IMG/VR virus record: IMGVR_UViG_3300008267_000131
Span: 1-61,931 of that record
Source of the DNA: a virus
Taxonomy: Duplodnaviria; Caudoviricetes
Length of the DNA: 61,931 nt
Strand: one strand, 5' to 3'
Part shown: in pieces, positions 30,586 through 40,612 of the stretch
Numbering within the stretch: position 1 is the stretch's first letter
Layout of the letters: each line of letters starts with the position of its first letter
The notes under the pieces: model-generated
Databases searched by the model: none
The model's input: only the letters and a program-made list of their open reading frames with translations
Told to the model about the DNA's origin: nothing
Made by a program: the position numbers and the translations under genes

Positions 30586-30912
30586 TTAGTTAAAGTATGC
30601 CTTGCCGCTAAAGGCTCCGACAAAAGTTAAACGAACAGAGTTTGTGGTTAAATATTCAATCTCCCCCATAACAACGGTGTCCGCTGAATCTACTACAACA
30701 ACCGAAGGTTTCTTATTTAGGTTGTGTGTAACAGTCCAGACCGCCTCAGGGGTTGATTGTGTGTGGGTATAGTGAGCGTCTGCTTTAGACGAAACATATC
30801 CTTTTACGTCAATAGATGATACTTTTGTTTCTACGACTACGGTAGAAACTGGCCCGGGTTGACTAACAACTACAGCCGGAGCTACACTTGGAGATGTTAC
30901 GTCTATTTCCAT
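30586..30912 (-). CDS. Small tail structural protein (108 aa; start revised to ATG 30912)
   Basis: TAATG coupling with the upstream stop; WTVTHNL.K.PSV.VVDS...F.GKAYFN. Confidence 0.65.
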   Translation of the reverse strand: MEIDVTSPSVAPAVVVSQPGPVSTVVVETKVSSIDVKGYVSSKADAHYTHTQSTPEAVWTVTHNLNKKPSVVVVDSADTVVMGEIEYLTTNSVRLTFVGAFSGKAYFN

Positions 30913-31280
30913 TAAATTGTAACGTCTTCGTTTATGGTGAATTTGCCCCGTAACCAAGTATATACTTCTCCACCAACAGTAGTAGCCTGTAAGTCATACA
31001 CATATTCGCCTCCGGAAATATTCATGGTGGCGGCCGTAGCAATAACGGTCATGTTGCCATTAGAAAGACCAGTAATTTCACCAGTTAACTTGGTGAATCT
31101 CAATGTAGGATTGCCTGTCTTTCGGTCGTGGCGGCGAACTTCCATTTTAAAATCGCTGTATGCAGTGAGGTCAATAGCAGCGCCAGTCTCGTCCTTAAAC
31201 GATACTTCAAGGCTAAACGTGTCATTACGTCTACACGTAATGTCTAACTGCGTAGATATGTCTAAATTAATCGAGGCCAT
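30912..31280 (-). CDS. BppU-like Ig-fold tail/fibre adaptor (122 aa)
   Basis: IDLT.Y...MEVR, G.YVYDLQ, L.GKF.I..DVT pattern. Confidence 0.65.
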   Translation of the reverse strand: MASINLDISTQLDITCRRNDTFSLEVSFKDETGAAIDLTAYSDFKMEVRRHDRKTGNPTLRFTKLTGEITGLSNGNMTVIATAATMNISGGEYVYDLQATTVGGEVYTWLRGKFTINEDVTI

Positions 31281-31281
31281 A

Positions 31282-31311
31282 GTCTATACAAAACTACGAA
31301 ATTATAGACAA
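31282..31311 (-). promoter_or_regulatory. -7 box TAGTTTTG flanked by GTCTA motifs
   Basis: TAnnTTTG at 31289-31296; TTGTCTAT at 31304-31311 and an inverted copy at 31282-31287. Confidence 0.65.
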
Positions 31312-31312
31312 T

Positions 31313-31338
31313 AAAAAAGGTGGCCTAAGCCACCCTTT
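31313..31338 (-). terminator. Intrinsic terminator
   Basis: GGTGGC/GCCACC stem followed by T6. Confidence 0.8.
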
Positions 31339-32258
31339 TACTCTTCCGTGCGAGTCCGCCCTCGGCGAGGCTTAACCTCTTCCTCTTGAGGCTCAGGCTC
31401 TGGAGTCGACAACTTGGTCACGTGGTTTCGGCCGTAGATGATGCTTTCCAGTTCGTGGAAAATCTTTACTGCTACGTCGTTAGACATATACCAGTCTACG
31501 AATGATTGGTACATATCACGCTCTGAGTTGCGTGGTAGCGAGCAAATCGTTTGATTTGACGCCTTCCAGACCCATGCGTTTTCAAGAATGTTCTTGGCAA
31601 TGATGTCTCGTGCCTCTGCACGGCGAAGCGTAGCCATGATGTAGCGCTCACGGCTCGATTGAGCTTCAACAAAACCCTTGGGGTCTCTGTCGCACCAATC
31701 AAGAGCCTTATCCTTGAGGACGTAAACATCTTCTGCTTCATTCCATCCAACAGATGCAGCGAACTCACGAAGCTCCTCTTCGGTCATTGATGCTGCAATG
31801 GTGATTGCCTGAACTCGCTGAAGGCGTTGGTCTACACGCTGCTTAGCTTTCTCCTCTGGGCGGAACACTTCGAAAAGTGGGCGAACATTCGGGTCACGGA
31901 ACGGATTGCTTCCGTTAAAGTTGCTGAGTAGCAAGAACTCCAAAATGTCTCGGTCACGAGCGGTGCGTGGATTCAAGCGCTTAAATCCGCCCTCGTCTTT
32001 CCAGAAACCAATCTCGTAAAAAGAGATTTTATCTCCAGAAACAGAAGAGATGGCACCAATATCGTATGAAACGCCGTCAATGATAACGACATCACGGTTT
32101 GGGATTTTCTTGTATACAGGGATGATTGGCTGTGAGGGATTGTCTGGGTCCATCCGGACATCCAATAGCCGAAGGATTACCGTATCAGTCAAACGGTCTA
32201 ATCCGAATTTTTTGATTACAGAGGAATCAAGGTTGTTGTAATATTTTGTGCTTCTCAT
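31338..32258 (-). CDS. Conserved post-capsid protein of unknown function (306 aa)
   Basis: Directly downstream of the capsid gene; FL.LSNFN..NP motif; basic PRRGR tail. Confidence 0.6.
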   Translation of the reverse strand: MRSTKYYNNLDSSVIKKFGLDRLTDTVILRLLDVRMDPDNPSQPIIPVYKKIPNRDVVIIDGVSYDIGAISSVSGDKISFYEIGFWKDEGGFKRLNPRTARDRDILEFLLLSNFNGSNPFRDPNVRPLFEVFRPEEKAKQRVDQRLQRVQAITIAASMTEEELREFAASVGWNEAEDVYVLKDKALDWCDRDPKGFVEAQSSRERYIMATLRRAEARDIIAKNILENAWVWKASNQTICSLPRNSERDMYQSFVDWYMSNDVAVKIFHELESIIYGRNHVTKLSTPEPEPQEEEVKPRRGRTRTEE

Positions 32259-32284
32259 GACAATTAGATTTAGTAAATCAAATT

Positions 32285-32318
32285 AAAAAAAAGAAGGGAG
32301 GAGTTTCCTCCTCCCCTC
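32285..32318 (-). terminator. Intrinsic terminator after the major capsid gene
   Basis: GGGAGGAG/CTCCTCCC stem followed by a T-rich tract. Confidence 0.8.
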
Positions 32319-32325
32319 AGTTGGT

Positions 32326-33657
32326 TTAGGCAAACTGGGCGATACCGAAGTGCTCAACACCAAGGATTTCAAGACCTTGAGCAGATTCGTATACAGCTTC
32401 CAGTACGCTGCGGCCGTCGGTCGGGGTCGGTGCAAGACCACCCAGCATCCACTCCTTGTAAGCAAGGTTGGTGTTGGGTCCCTCGAGGTAACGAACACGC
32501 ATGCGGTCTACAGTTCCGCTACCAGCATGAACCTTGATTTTGTCGTTCGGTACGAACAGAACAGTCTCAGAGGCGTTTGCGATGGCAGCTTCACCAGCTA
32601 CGTGCGAGAACTGCGGGAACGCCTTCATGATGAAGTTGCGGCCGTACAGTTTAACTTGCTCCATACCGAAGTCAACAGCGGTACCAGCTACGTTCAGGCG
32701 AACGCTAGTAACACCAGAAGAACCAAGGTTCTTGAACAGGTTGTCAAGTTGGATTTTAGCACCGGTTCCAGCGAACAGCATGTATTCGTAAGGAGCACGA
32801 GTCTTGTCCATAACCTTAACGAACTCAGCGAAGTCAGCAAGACCAGCCGTGCCCATCGTGTTCAGGTCGCCAGCAGAACCAGCGAAATCAAGACCGTCCT
32901 TACACCATTCAACAAGACCCTTGGTGAATTGGATGGGGTTGCCATCGGCATCAACAACTTGGGTTACAGCAACACCACCGATTTGACCAGCGGTCGTAGC
33001 AGCAGTGTAGTCGTTACCGAATCCAGAGAAGGTAGAAGCATTACCCTTACCGAACAACAGAGCGTAAGCGATGTCGTTGCGGAACTTCATCAGTGCGTTG
33101 TGCTGGGCAGCGTACATGTAGTACTCTTGACCATTGAACTGAACACTGATTTTGTTGGTCAACTCGACGTCGGTCAACTGGTAGCTGTTCTTGAAGATTT
33201 GAACCTTGTTGCTGTACTTCTTCAAGCCGTACTTCAGGCCAGCAGGAGCGCCAGAACCTTCGCCGTGAGCGTTAGAAATAACAACAACGGTAGCTCCGTC
33301 AGCGATAGATGTTCCAGAACCACCAAGCTTAACGATGTTAGAACCTTCCAAAGAAGCGTTGTTCTTTACGAACCACATCGTGTTGTTGGCTACGTCAACG
33401 ATAACGTCACCTTTGCGGATTTTAGCGTTGGTGAGGTTGTCACCAGCAGCCGTACCGGTCAGGGTAAGCTTTTCGTAAACGGGCTCGTTAACGTAGTTGT
33501 GGAAGATAGCGCTGCTCGTAGGAACAGAACGACGCATTCCTTCCATTACGTCGAGGAACGAGGGGTCTTCGTTCTGGACATCCAGAACTTGCGACAAGAT
33601 TTCACGCTTATCCAAGAAATGGATAGACGAGATGAAGTTTTTGTTGTAAGTGCTCAT
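32326..33657 (-). CDS. Major capsid protein (443 aa)
   Basis: Position after portal and scaffold, strong codon bias, downstream terminator; N.VQIFK...LT, AYALLFG and TKGL motifs of HK97-fold capsids in Bacteroidota podoviruses. Confidence 0.85.
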   Translation of the reverse strand: MSTYNKNFISSIHFLDKREILSQVLDVQNEDPSFLDVMEGMRRSVPTSSAIFHNYVNEPVYEKLTLTGTAAGDNLTNAKIRKGDVIVDVANNTMWFVKNNASLEGSNIVKLGGSGTSIADGATVVVISNAHGEGSGAPAGLKYGLKKYSNKVQIFKNSYQLTDVELTNKISVQFNGQEYYMYAAQHNALMKFRNDIAYALLFGKGNASTFSGFGNDYTAATTAGQIGGVAVTQVVDADGNPIQFTKGLVEWCKDGLDFAGSAGDLNTMGTAGLADFAEFVKVMDKTRAPYEYMLFAGTGAKIQLDNLFKNLGSSGVTSVRLNVAGTAVDFGMEQVKLYGRNFIMKAFPQFSHVAGEAAIANASETVLFVPNDKIKVHAGSGTVDRMRVRYLEGPNTNLAYKEWMLGGLAPTPTDGRSVLEAVYESAQGLEILGVEHFGIAQFA

Positions 33658-33668
33658 GTTATGAGTTT

Positions 33669-34700
33669 TTATTTACGTTTTTGATTTAATGCTGCATCGA
33701 GGAATGCTTGTGTCCAATCTTGAGCTGCCTGCGGTGCCTTAGCTCCAGCGGCCGGGACCTCTGGGTTTTTCAGTGTACGTTCCACATCCCCAACCCCGAC
33801 TGTCTTGCCGTGGTTGACGAGACTTCGCTCGTACACATCAGGTTCTAAGGCAAATGCCACAACTTTATACCATTTTGCTAAATCAACTTCGCCTTCCTCA
33901 TTTAGAAATAAGTTAAAAAACTTGGAATTATCCACCGTCATTTCCATGACTTGCTGAGGGTTTTCAATTTCGTAATTGAACTCCTCACCGTCAAGGTCGA
34001 TGGTTACAGCCTTTGACTGAAGCAGCTGTTGTGTAAGCGCATCGGTTTGCACCCGATTTGCCCACTCTTCCGCAAGCTGTAGACTATCATCTTGACCGTC
34101 TTTTTCTGGCTCGAGGAACTTAGACTGCTCAGACTTGAGCTGTTGACGCAGAGATTCCGCATCCTTTTTAAGAAGCTGTTTTCCGAGTTCTACGTCCTCT
34201 TCTTCGTAAGTGTCTTCGTCAAGATTGTACTTGTCTACGACCTCACGCTTGAAGAGTTTGTTGAAGGCAGTTTCAGACAGGTCCGAGTAGTCGGAGCGCA
34301 GCTTATGTCTCATAAGCTCGATTGGCTCCATCTTATCGTAGTCCATCTGCATTGCCTCCAAGAATGGCTTTAGACTTCCATTCTTTTCGTAATACTCGAC
34401 AGCGCTCTTAATAAAATCATCCTTGAATTGAGGTTCGGGAGCATCCTTCTCCGCCAACTCAAGTAATTCATCCAAAGAACTGTATCGGCCATTCGTTGCC
34501 GACTTCACGTATTCTATCGGGTCAAACGCCGGGGCTGGTTCACCACCACCTGCCGCGGGCTCTGCCGGGGCAGGGGCTGGGTCTGCTGCGGGAGCAGGTT
34601 CAGCAGCTGGTGCTGGTGCCGGTTCTGGCGCTGGGCCGTCAATGTTAATTATTGCAGGCTCTCCTGCGGGAATCGGTTCAAAAGTAACTTCACTAGACAT
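33669..34700 (-). CDS. Capsid scaffolding protein (343 aa)
   Basis: Very acidic, Pro/Ala low-complexity N-terminus, between portal and capsid genes. Confidence 0.7.
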   Translation of the reverse strand: MSSEVTFEPIPAGEPAIINIDGPAPEPAPAPAAEPAPAADPAPAPAEPAAGGGEPAPAFDPIEYVKSATNGRYSSLDELLELAEKDAPEPQFKDDFIKSAVEYYEKNGSLKPFLEAMQMDYDKMEPIELMRHKLRSDYSDLSETAFNKLFKREVVDKYNLDEDTYEEEDVELGKQLLKKDAESLRQQLKSEQSKFLEPEKDGQDDSLQLAEEWANRVQTDALTQQLLQSKAVTIDLDGEEFNYEIENPQQVMEMTVDNSKFFNLFLNEEGEVDLAKWYKVVAFALEPDVYERSLVNHGKTVGVGDVERTLKNPEVPAAGAKAPQAAQDWTQAFLDAALNQKRK

Positions 34701-34715
34701 AATTCAAATTTTTTG

Positions 34716-34742
34716 TAAAATTAGACAATTTAGAATGTCTAC
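34716..34742 (-). promoter_or_regulatory. -7 box variant TAATTTTA overlapped by TTGTCTAA
   Basis: Intergenic, upstream of scaffold/capsid; motif at 34721-34728, inverted copy at 34735-34742. Confidence 0.55.
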
Positions 34743-34746
34743 GCAA

Positions 34747-36930
34747 CTATTGCTGCGTAGGCACTCTTTGTGACGCAAGCTGAGCTTTAATCTGCTCTAG
34801 CTGTGCTTCGATTTCTCCCTTGAGTTTTTCCAGTTCCATTTTCATCTGGCCCTGTGCTTCAATCTTAGCGATATCGGCTTCACCCTTGGCTGCAACTGAT
34901 TGCTGCTGTACCGCAGCGTTCTGCTGCTGCAAGAGCATGGACTCCTTGAGTTTCTCTTCCTTGCGCTTCTTTAGTCTGTAGGCAAGTATGTATTGAGCTT
35001 TCTTCAGGTTCTCGCTGTTCTCAATAAGAACAAGGTCCTCGAAGTCAATAAGCCCTGCACCCATGTATTGACCCGCCATGGCCTTTAGCTTTTCACGCTC
35101 AATTACATCAGGCTTGTCTTCGATTTTGATTCCGAACTCACGGTAAGAAAAATCAGCGTTGCCAGAGATGTACTTGATGGTCTCCACGCCAAGCGCTTTT
35201 TTGTATGCGGGGTGGTACGTTCCGAACTTAATAAGGTCTTGAAGTCTTACGATTATCGTTTTAGCCACACGCTCAAGAATGATTCTGTCGGCCTGTACGC
35301 ATGCAAAAAGCGCATTATTAGAAGCCTCTTCCGCAAGTCTGGTTACGTTAGACAGGGTTCTTGGGTCGATGCTGCTTCCGTCCACGTACTCGTTTAGACC
35401 AGTGATATCACGAAGCATTTGCATGTTGCGAGTAATCAAGTCGTAGTACGTGCTTACATCACGACCAAGGCCGTTCTCGATTTCTTCGATTGGCTTGTAC
35501 GGGCTGGGGTTACCGCTCGGGTCAAGATACCTGTAAACGAGCGTTCCCTTCTTGTTGAATAGGTCAAGCACGTCCTTTGGTGAAAGCTCTGCTCCGCCGC
35601 TTCCCAATGGGATGTTTTCAATTGCATCAAGTGCAATCTGAATACCTTTGGGTCTTGCGATGGCGATTGCGTTCTGAAGCTTAAACCAGTTCAGCTGAAT
35701 AGAGTCTGCGATTGGGATTACCTGCTCCATGATTGAAGTGGCACGCATATCGTAAAACTCGGGAGCGAACAGGTGGTATGACATCGTGGTCTCCGTCATA
35801 TTTGACCGCTCACGCTTCATGTTAGTGCACAGGCCGTAGTCGAACAGGTACTCGGTGCCCAAAATCCACTTGGCCTTGTAGACAACCTTGTAGTGAGTGG
35901 TGGTGTAATCGTTTGTCTTGCGCTTTCTGGCTTTGTTAAACACACGACGTACTTGGTTTCCACGCTTATCGACTCTGCTTTCAATGTCAATGCTGTTTAC
36001 CGAGATGAACTCGATGTCCAATACAGGAATCTGGAAGCTATCGTAGTCGGAGCCTACGCCACGCTTGGGGGGCATGGCGCTAGGATTCTGGAATGAGTTT
36101 ACAAAACGCTCAGCAATATCATAGAACTGCTCTTCGCTAAACTCAGCACCGGCTTGTCTGCGAATGTCTGCAAGACTCATCATCTTAAGTTCACCAATGT
36201 GCTGCGCATCGCTGAAGTCACGATTCATGCAGTATGACGTAATCACGTTTTCTGGGCGAACGTGACGTAGACGAACTACGCCATCTTGAACATATTCTTT
36301 TACGCCACAAACACCAAAGTCAAAGGCGTCTTCTAAAAGCTTGTTGCGAATCTCATCGTAGTCGTTGATGTTCAGCACATTCTTGATTACCTCTTCAATT
36401 TCCTCGCTGAGCTTATGCTTGAAGCTGAAGTCCATGTGGATTTGCAGTTCCTCCATATCCCGTGGCTCGCCGTCCTCCATTGAGAATACGCCCTCATTTG
36501 CCAATGGTGAGTTCATCTTCTGAAGCTCAGAGCGCATTTTGATTTTTACCTCCTGCTTGGCCTTGTATCCTTGAATCTCCTCCTGAGAAAGGATATCGAT
36601 TGGCGTAGCGGTGATGTTGTATGAGCGCTTAGAAAGCTTGGCAAGCGCCAGGCGGCGGAATCTAGACACAACAGGAAGGATGGACCAGTCGATATTCAGC
36701 CAAGAGTCGTTTTCGCTTTCGGAAACGTCAAGCATTCGCTTGTATTTGCTGATTGACTGCGTTCCCATGGCGTAGTCACGAATGGTGGCATACGTGTATC
36801 TAGCGCCATAGAATATTTTACCGTTCATTCCATTGAACTCCTTGTGTGCAGCTTTTACATAGGCAAGAATCCAATCCCGATTTTTCTCAGAGTTTGGAAT
36901 CAAGTGTGATGGGTATCCGTACTTGCTCAT
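34747..36930 (-). CDS. Portal protein (727 aa)
   Basis: Follows terminase; WLNIDW..LPV, LRDITGLNE..DGS, Gln-rich coiled-coil C-terminal barrel. Confidence 0.85.
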   Translation of the reverse strand: MSKYGYPSHLIPNSEKNRDWILAYVKAAHKEFNGMNGKIFYGARYTYATIRDYAMGTQSISKYKRMLDVSESENDSWLNIDWSILPVVSRFRRLALAKLSKRSYNITATPIDILSQEEIQGYKAKQEVKIKMRSELQKMNSPLANEGVFSMEDGEPRDMEELQIHMDFSFKHKLSEEIEEVIKNVLNINDYDEIRNKLLEDAFDFGVCGVKEYVQDGVVRLRHVRPENVITSYCMNRDFSDAQHIGELKMMSLADIRRQAGAEFSEEQFYDIAERFVNSFQNPSAMPPKRGVGSDYDSFQIPVLDIEFISVNSIDIESRVDKRGNQVRRVFNKARKRKTNDYTTTHYKVVYKAKWILGTEYLFDYGLCTNMKRERSNMTETTMSYHLFAPEFYDMRATSIMEQVIPIADSIQLNWFKLQNAIAIARPKGIQIALDAIENIPLGSGGAELSPKDVLDLFNKKGTLVYRYLDPSGNPSPYKPIEEIENGLGRDVSTYYDLITRNMQMLRDITGLNEYVDGSSIDPRTLSNVTRLAEEASNNALFACVQADRIILERVAKTIIVRLQDLIKFGTYHPAYKKALGVETIKYISGNADFSYREFGIKIEDKPDVIEREKLKAMAGQYMGAGLIDFEDLVLIENSENLKKAQYILAYRLKKRKEEKLKESMLLQQQNAAVQQQSVAAKGEADIAKIEAQGQMKMELEKLKGEIEAQLEQIKAQLASQRVPTQQ

Positions 36931-38921
36931 TAGTAGCGTCCTTGAATTTGATGTTTTTTAAATATGTCCGAGATGGATACTTTAATCTCCTTACGCTCGA
37001 ACAGCGTATTCTTGTCAGCCATCAGTGAGTAACCAAAGGCCATCGCAGCGTCAAATTTTGTCGTTTTCTCTACTCTAAATTCAAGCAAGTCGTTAATCAA
37101 AGATTCGAAATACAGGCTACTTGCATGATTATAGACATATTCCTCCATGTATTCAGCCAATTGTCTATTGGTACGCTCTGTGGCGTGAATACCGTGTTTT
37201 CCTCCTACTTTCATTACAAAGGCATCATAACCCATCTCACAAAGGTACTGAATACAGTTTACTCTGTTTCTTTCAATTAGAGCACTGGCACCATAATAAT
37301 GAATAAGTCTAATCATGTCTTCGTAAAACATCTTGGCCATAGCTGGTCTATAGATATACTCAGCAACTGGCAAGCCAGACATTTCGTCGAATGCGTCAAA
37401 CTTCTTGAACACATAGGCAGCACCTTTAGACCCACGGTCGTCTACTGTCTGGTCCAAGTCATACGGGTCAACTCCAGCTACATATCTTATACGTTCACCT
37501 GGAGTTCGGCGTCCGTTCTTTTCAGATATTGCGTTTGGTTTATCAGGATGCTGTAGGATTTTGTATTTACCATTGATGTCTGGCACAAATACAACCTCGT
37601 CTTTTTTTGAAGCATCTTTCCAGATTAGGTTCCCAACTTCTGGCTTTGATGGAGCCCATTGAATGTGCTCAAGCTGGTCATTCAGCTTCATTGCATCAAA
37701 CAGACACTCATCTCCGTCAGTTCTAAAGGCTTCCTCTGGAGAGAATGGGTTTTTACGGATGTAGCTCGATAGGGATTTACTATCGCCCTGAAGGGCTTTG
37801 CGTTCACCGAGGTAGTAAGCTTTTGATTCTTCTATCCTTGGAAGACCATACTCATCAAAGAACAACGTCTCATATGACGGAGTAAAGTATCTCCAAAGAC
37901 CACTTATTGTCCTTCCTGAATCAGTAAGTTTTGTCTGGTCGCTGTTTCTCCAAAGCTTTTTAAATCCATCGCCTCCGCCAGACATCTCTTCTACTGTTGT
38001 GGTATACAGAGCCTTACCAATAAACTGACCGTCTTGCTCAAGACAGAACCTTACAACCATGTGGCGTTCCCAGATATCGACATCCTCCAGCTTACCAGCC
38101 TCATCCGCAACATATCTGTGTAGTTTGGCGCCATCATATGCGAACAGCTGAGAGTTCCTCCAGTCAATCCAAGATTCAAGTTCTGGGAGACGCTCGTATG
38201 CTGCGTCAACTCGGCCTCTCTTAGTCGTCTTGTAAAAGCGCATTTCAGACGTTGGCGTAACACCCTTTGCTTGGTCGTATACGGGCTTGAAGAAGTCTGG
38301 AAGGTGTTTGAACGGGTTCACTACTGCCTTTGCAAATACGTTACGCTTAGCATCGTCAGCGGTTTTAGATTGGATTCCAGCGTATTTGTTTTTACTCCTG
38401 GACGGAAGGTCGTAAAGGAATATACCAGAGCGATACGTTTTTCCCTGACGGCGTTTGGTTAGTTCTACTACGCCCATGCAAGATGGGGCCTCGATGGCTG
38501 CCTGTAGAAAGTAAAAGAACTTCCTGTCTGGGTCACGATAGCTCGGATATCCGATGTCAATCTTCCACCAGTTAAGGTACATGTAGTGGAGACCGGTCAG
38601 GTACGTTGGCTTACCATTGTTCATGAACCAGACACCGTTTAGGCGCCTGTCCCACTCTTGTTGTCTAAAGGACTCAATCTTAACATCGTAAAAAGATGGG
38701 TCGGTATCTTGCTTCCTAATCTCAGCAGCCCGCATCTTATTGTAGTCGGACGGAAGCTCAGTACGCACCCATTTCTGGTCTTTGTGTTTGGTAGAAGAGC
38801 TCAGTATTGGCCGTTTTTCAATCTGACCCGTCAGTCTGTTAAACACATATCCAGGCGCTGGTGTCCAGCACTCGATGTCGTTTATTACGTGCTTTACGCC
38901 TCCTTTAATCTTATTATACAT
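36930..38921 (-). CDS. terL: Terminase large subunit (663 aa)
   Basis: Walker A-like KRRQGKT, Walker B YVADEAGK, RNase H-like GVDPYD and KFDAAMA. Confidence 0.92.
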   Translation of the reverse strand: MYNKIKGGVKHVINDIECWTPAPGYVFNRLTGQIEKRPILSSSTKHKDQKWVRTELPSDYNKMRAAEIRKQDTDPSFYDVKIESFRQQEWDRRLNGVWFMNNGKPTYLTGLHYMYLNWWKIDIGYPSYRDPDRKFFYFLQAAIEAPSCMGVVELTKRRQGKTYRSGIFLYDLPSRSKNKYAGIQSKTADDAKRNVFAKAVVNPFKHLPDFFKPVYDQAKGVTPTSEMRFYKTTKRGRVDAAYERLPELESWIDWRNSQLFAYDGAKLHRYVADEAGKLEDVDIWERHMVVRFCLEQDGQFIGKALYTTTVEEMSGGGDGFKKLWRNSDQTKLTDSGRTISGLWRYFTPSYETLFFDEYGLPRIEESKAYYLGERKALQGDSKSLSSYIRKNPFSPEEAFRTDGDECLFDAMKLNDQLEHIQWAPSKPEVGNLIWKDASKKDEVVFVPDINGKYKILQHPDKPNAISEKNGRRTPGERIRYVAGVDPYDLDQTVDDRGSKGAAYVFKKFDAFDEMSGLPVAEYIYRPAMAKMFYEDMIRLIHYYGASALIERNRVNCIQYLCEMGYDAFVMKVGGKHGIHATERTNRQLAEYMEEYVYNHASSLYFESLINDLLEFRVEKTTKFDAAMAFGYSLMADKNTLFERKEIKVSISDIFKKHQIQGRY

Positions 38922-39507
38922 TTAGGTCGGCAATATCTTCAGGGGTTATATTCTTCACGACAACCTTAGCCGCAAGCTCTTGGTCTCCTTGGTACAGCTT
39001 GTCATAGTATGCCTCTAGACGCTTGTTGATTTCGTCCATGTCGTTCATAATCTTGGACTTAATCTGCAACGCCTGCAAAAGGTCTTTGTCACGCTCCTCT
39101 TCTGTCCGAACCAACAGCTTAGACTGGTACTCGTAGAAGACCTCCTCATTAGACACAATCATAGACCAGATTCGGTTGTTCTGATGCTTAAGGAACTCGT
39201 CAATTGAGATTATGAACAGCTCGCTCACCATATCAATCATAGCCTCTTCTATGTTTTCGTGTTTAGCGAGGCCAGATAGGTTAGAGCATTCTTTCTTGCG
39301 CTGAGTGAGCTCCGGGTAGTGCCTCTTCATTGGAGAGGACTGGTCGTACATGTAGCATATGTACTTGATAATCGGAGTGGCTACGGCTTTGTACGATTTA
39401 ATTATCTGTGCAAACCCCCTGAGGTTCTCTATGTTGGGAACATCTTTGATGTCTTTTGCGCCGTGCACCTTGAAAGACATTGAACTAAACTCAGAATCGT
39501 GAAACAT
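38914..39507 (-). CDS. Probable terminase small subunit (197 aa)
   Basis: Immediately upstream of and overlapping terL; helical; call rests mainly on position. Confidence 0.5.
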   Translation of the reverse strand: MFHDSEFSSMSFKVHGAKDIKDVPNIENLRGFAQIIKSYKAVATPIIKYICYMYDQSSPMKRHYPELTQRKKECSNLSGLAKHENIEEAMIDMVSELFIISIDEFLKHQNNRIWSMIVSNEEVFYEYQSKLLVRTEEERDKDLLQALQIKSKIMNDMDEINKRLEAYYDKLYQGDQELAAKVVVKNITPEDIADLNV

Positions 39508-39518
39508 AAAATTAAAAT

Positions 39519-39555
39519 TTGTCTAACAAAGGTATAGCCAAAATGTCTAAATTTG
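39519..39555. promoter_or_regulatory. Divergent promoter pair with two GTCTAA motifs
   Basis: Minus TACCTTTG at 39527-39534, plus TAAATTTG at 39548-39555; TTGTCTAA at 39519-39526, ATGTCTAA at 39543-39550. Confidence 0.75.
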
Positions 39556-39559
39556 TAGA

Positions 39560-39853
39560 ATGAAAGCTAAGGACCTTAAGCGTAAAGGTGGTAAGATTCA
39601 ATACCATGGCGACTCATTTGATGGCTACAATAAGCCCAAAAGGGCCCCATCTGGAAGCCCAAAAAAGTATGTTGTCCTTGCTAAAAACAGCTCTGGCGAA
39701 GTAAAGAAAATCGGCTTTGGGGCACGGGGGTATCAGGACTTCCTGCAACACAAAGACCCAAAGAGACGAGCAAATTTCAAGTCACGCCACAATTGCTCAT
39801 CTGAGACCAACAAACTAACAGCAAGGTGGTGGGCTTGTAACTATAACTGGTAA
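39560..39853 (+). CDS. Small basic protein (DUF5754-like, 97 aa)
   Basis: KKYVV...IGFGARGYQDF..HKDPKRR.NF.SRH...ARWWA..W. Confidence 0.65.
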   Translation: MKAKDLKRKGGKIQYHGDSFDGYNKPKRAPSGSPKKYVVLAKNSSGEVKKIGFGARGYQDFLQHKDPKRRANFKSRHNCSSETNKLTARWWACNYNW

Positions 39854-39855
39854 GT

Positions 39856-40227
39856 ATGTATTGCCCTTCATGTGATTTACCACTTACAGACAAGGATATA
39901 GAGTTATTAAGCAAAAGAAGAGGAGTTCCAAAGTCATACTGCCAGGAGTGTTCAAGAGACTATAGAAAATGGTCCAACATCAGAAGGCGTTACGGCATAA
40001 ACCAAGAACGGTACAATCAAATAGTAGAAGCTCAAGAAAACAAATGCGTACTATGCCATGAAGAGATTGGACCCAAATCAGTTGTCGACCATTGTCACTC
40101 ATCTGGAGTTGTTCGTGGGATTCTTTGCAACAACTGTAATGCCTTAGTTGGATTCTCAAAAGAAAGCATAGAAGTACTTAACAGGACAATAGAATATCTT
40201 AAAAGATGGAAAGAAAAAGCAGAGTAA
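39856..40227 (+). CDS. Endonuclease VII-like (His-Me) nuclease (123 aa)
   Basis: RRYGI...Q..KCVLC...VDHCHSSG.VRG.LCNNCN..VG. Confidence 0.88.
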   Translation: MYCPSCDLPLTDKDIELLSKRRGVPKSYCQECSRDYRKWSNIRRRYGINQERYNQIVEAQENKCVLCHEEIGPKSVVDHCHSSGVVRGILCNNCNALVGFSKESIEVLNRTIEYLKRWKEKAE

Positions 40228-40382
40228 ACGAGGCTGGAAACTACACCAAGCCCGGAATGAGAAAGCAGCTTTTTGAGCAAATCAAAGCTGGAGGCAAGGG
40301 TGGCGACCCCGGAGAGTGGAGCGCCAGAAAGGCCCAGATGTTAGCACGATTATATAAGTCAAAAGGAGGGGGATATAAATGA
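40206..40382 (+). CDS. Small basic protein, DUF5872-associated N-terminal half (58 aa, not in track)
   Basis: Manual translation MERKSRVNEAGNYTKPGMRKQLFEQIKAGGKGGDPGEWSARKAQMLARLYKSKGGGYK; ATGA overlap with the next gene. Confidence 0.75.
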   Translation: MERKSRVNEAGNYTKPGMRKQLFEQIKAGGKGGDPGEWSARKAQMLARLYKSKGGGYK

Positions 40383-40612
40383 AGGCTCCGCAAAAAAGTC
40401 TAAAAAAATGGACACAGCAGGAGTGGACTACTTCTGACGGAAGTCCGAGCGAAGGCAAAAAGCGCTACCTACCAAAAGCAGCGTGGAAGGCTCTTACGCC
40501 GGCGGAAAAAGCAGCTACAAACGCAGCTAAGGCTAAAGGAAACGCTGAAGGCAAGCAATTCGTAGCGCAGCCAAAATCTATTTCTAAAAAAGTAACCAAG
40601 TACAGAAAATGA
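40379..40612 (+). CDS. Small basic protein (DUF5872-like, 77 aa)
   Basis: QKSLKKWT.QEW.T...RYLP..AW..L...EK.ATN..K. Confidence 0.7.
   Translation: MKAPQKSLKKWTQQEWTTSDGSPSEGKKRYLPKAAWKALTPAEKAATNAAKAKGNAEGKQFVAQPKSISKKVTKYRK

Noticed and set aside
32350-33684. 444-aa plus-strand ORF antisense to the major capsid gene
   Set aside because: It mirrors the capsid ORF codon for codon, as expected from strong codon bias; no motif or promoter supports it
34530-34640. GC-rich repeats in the scaffold gene and at 7020-7085
   Set aside because: Explained by Pro/Ala low-complexity protein linkers
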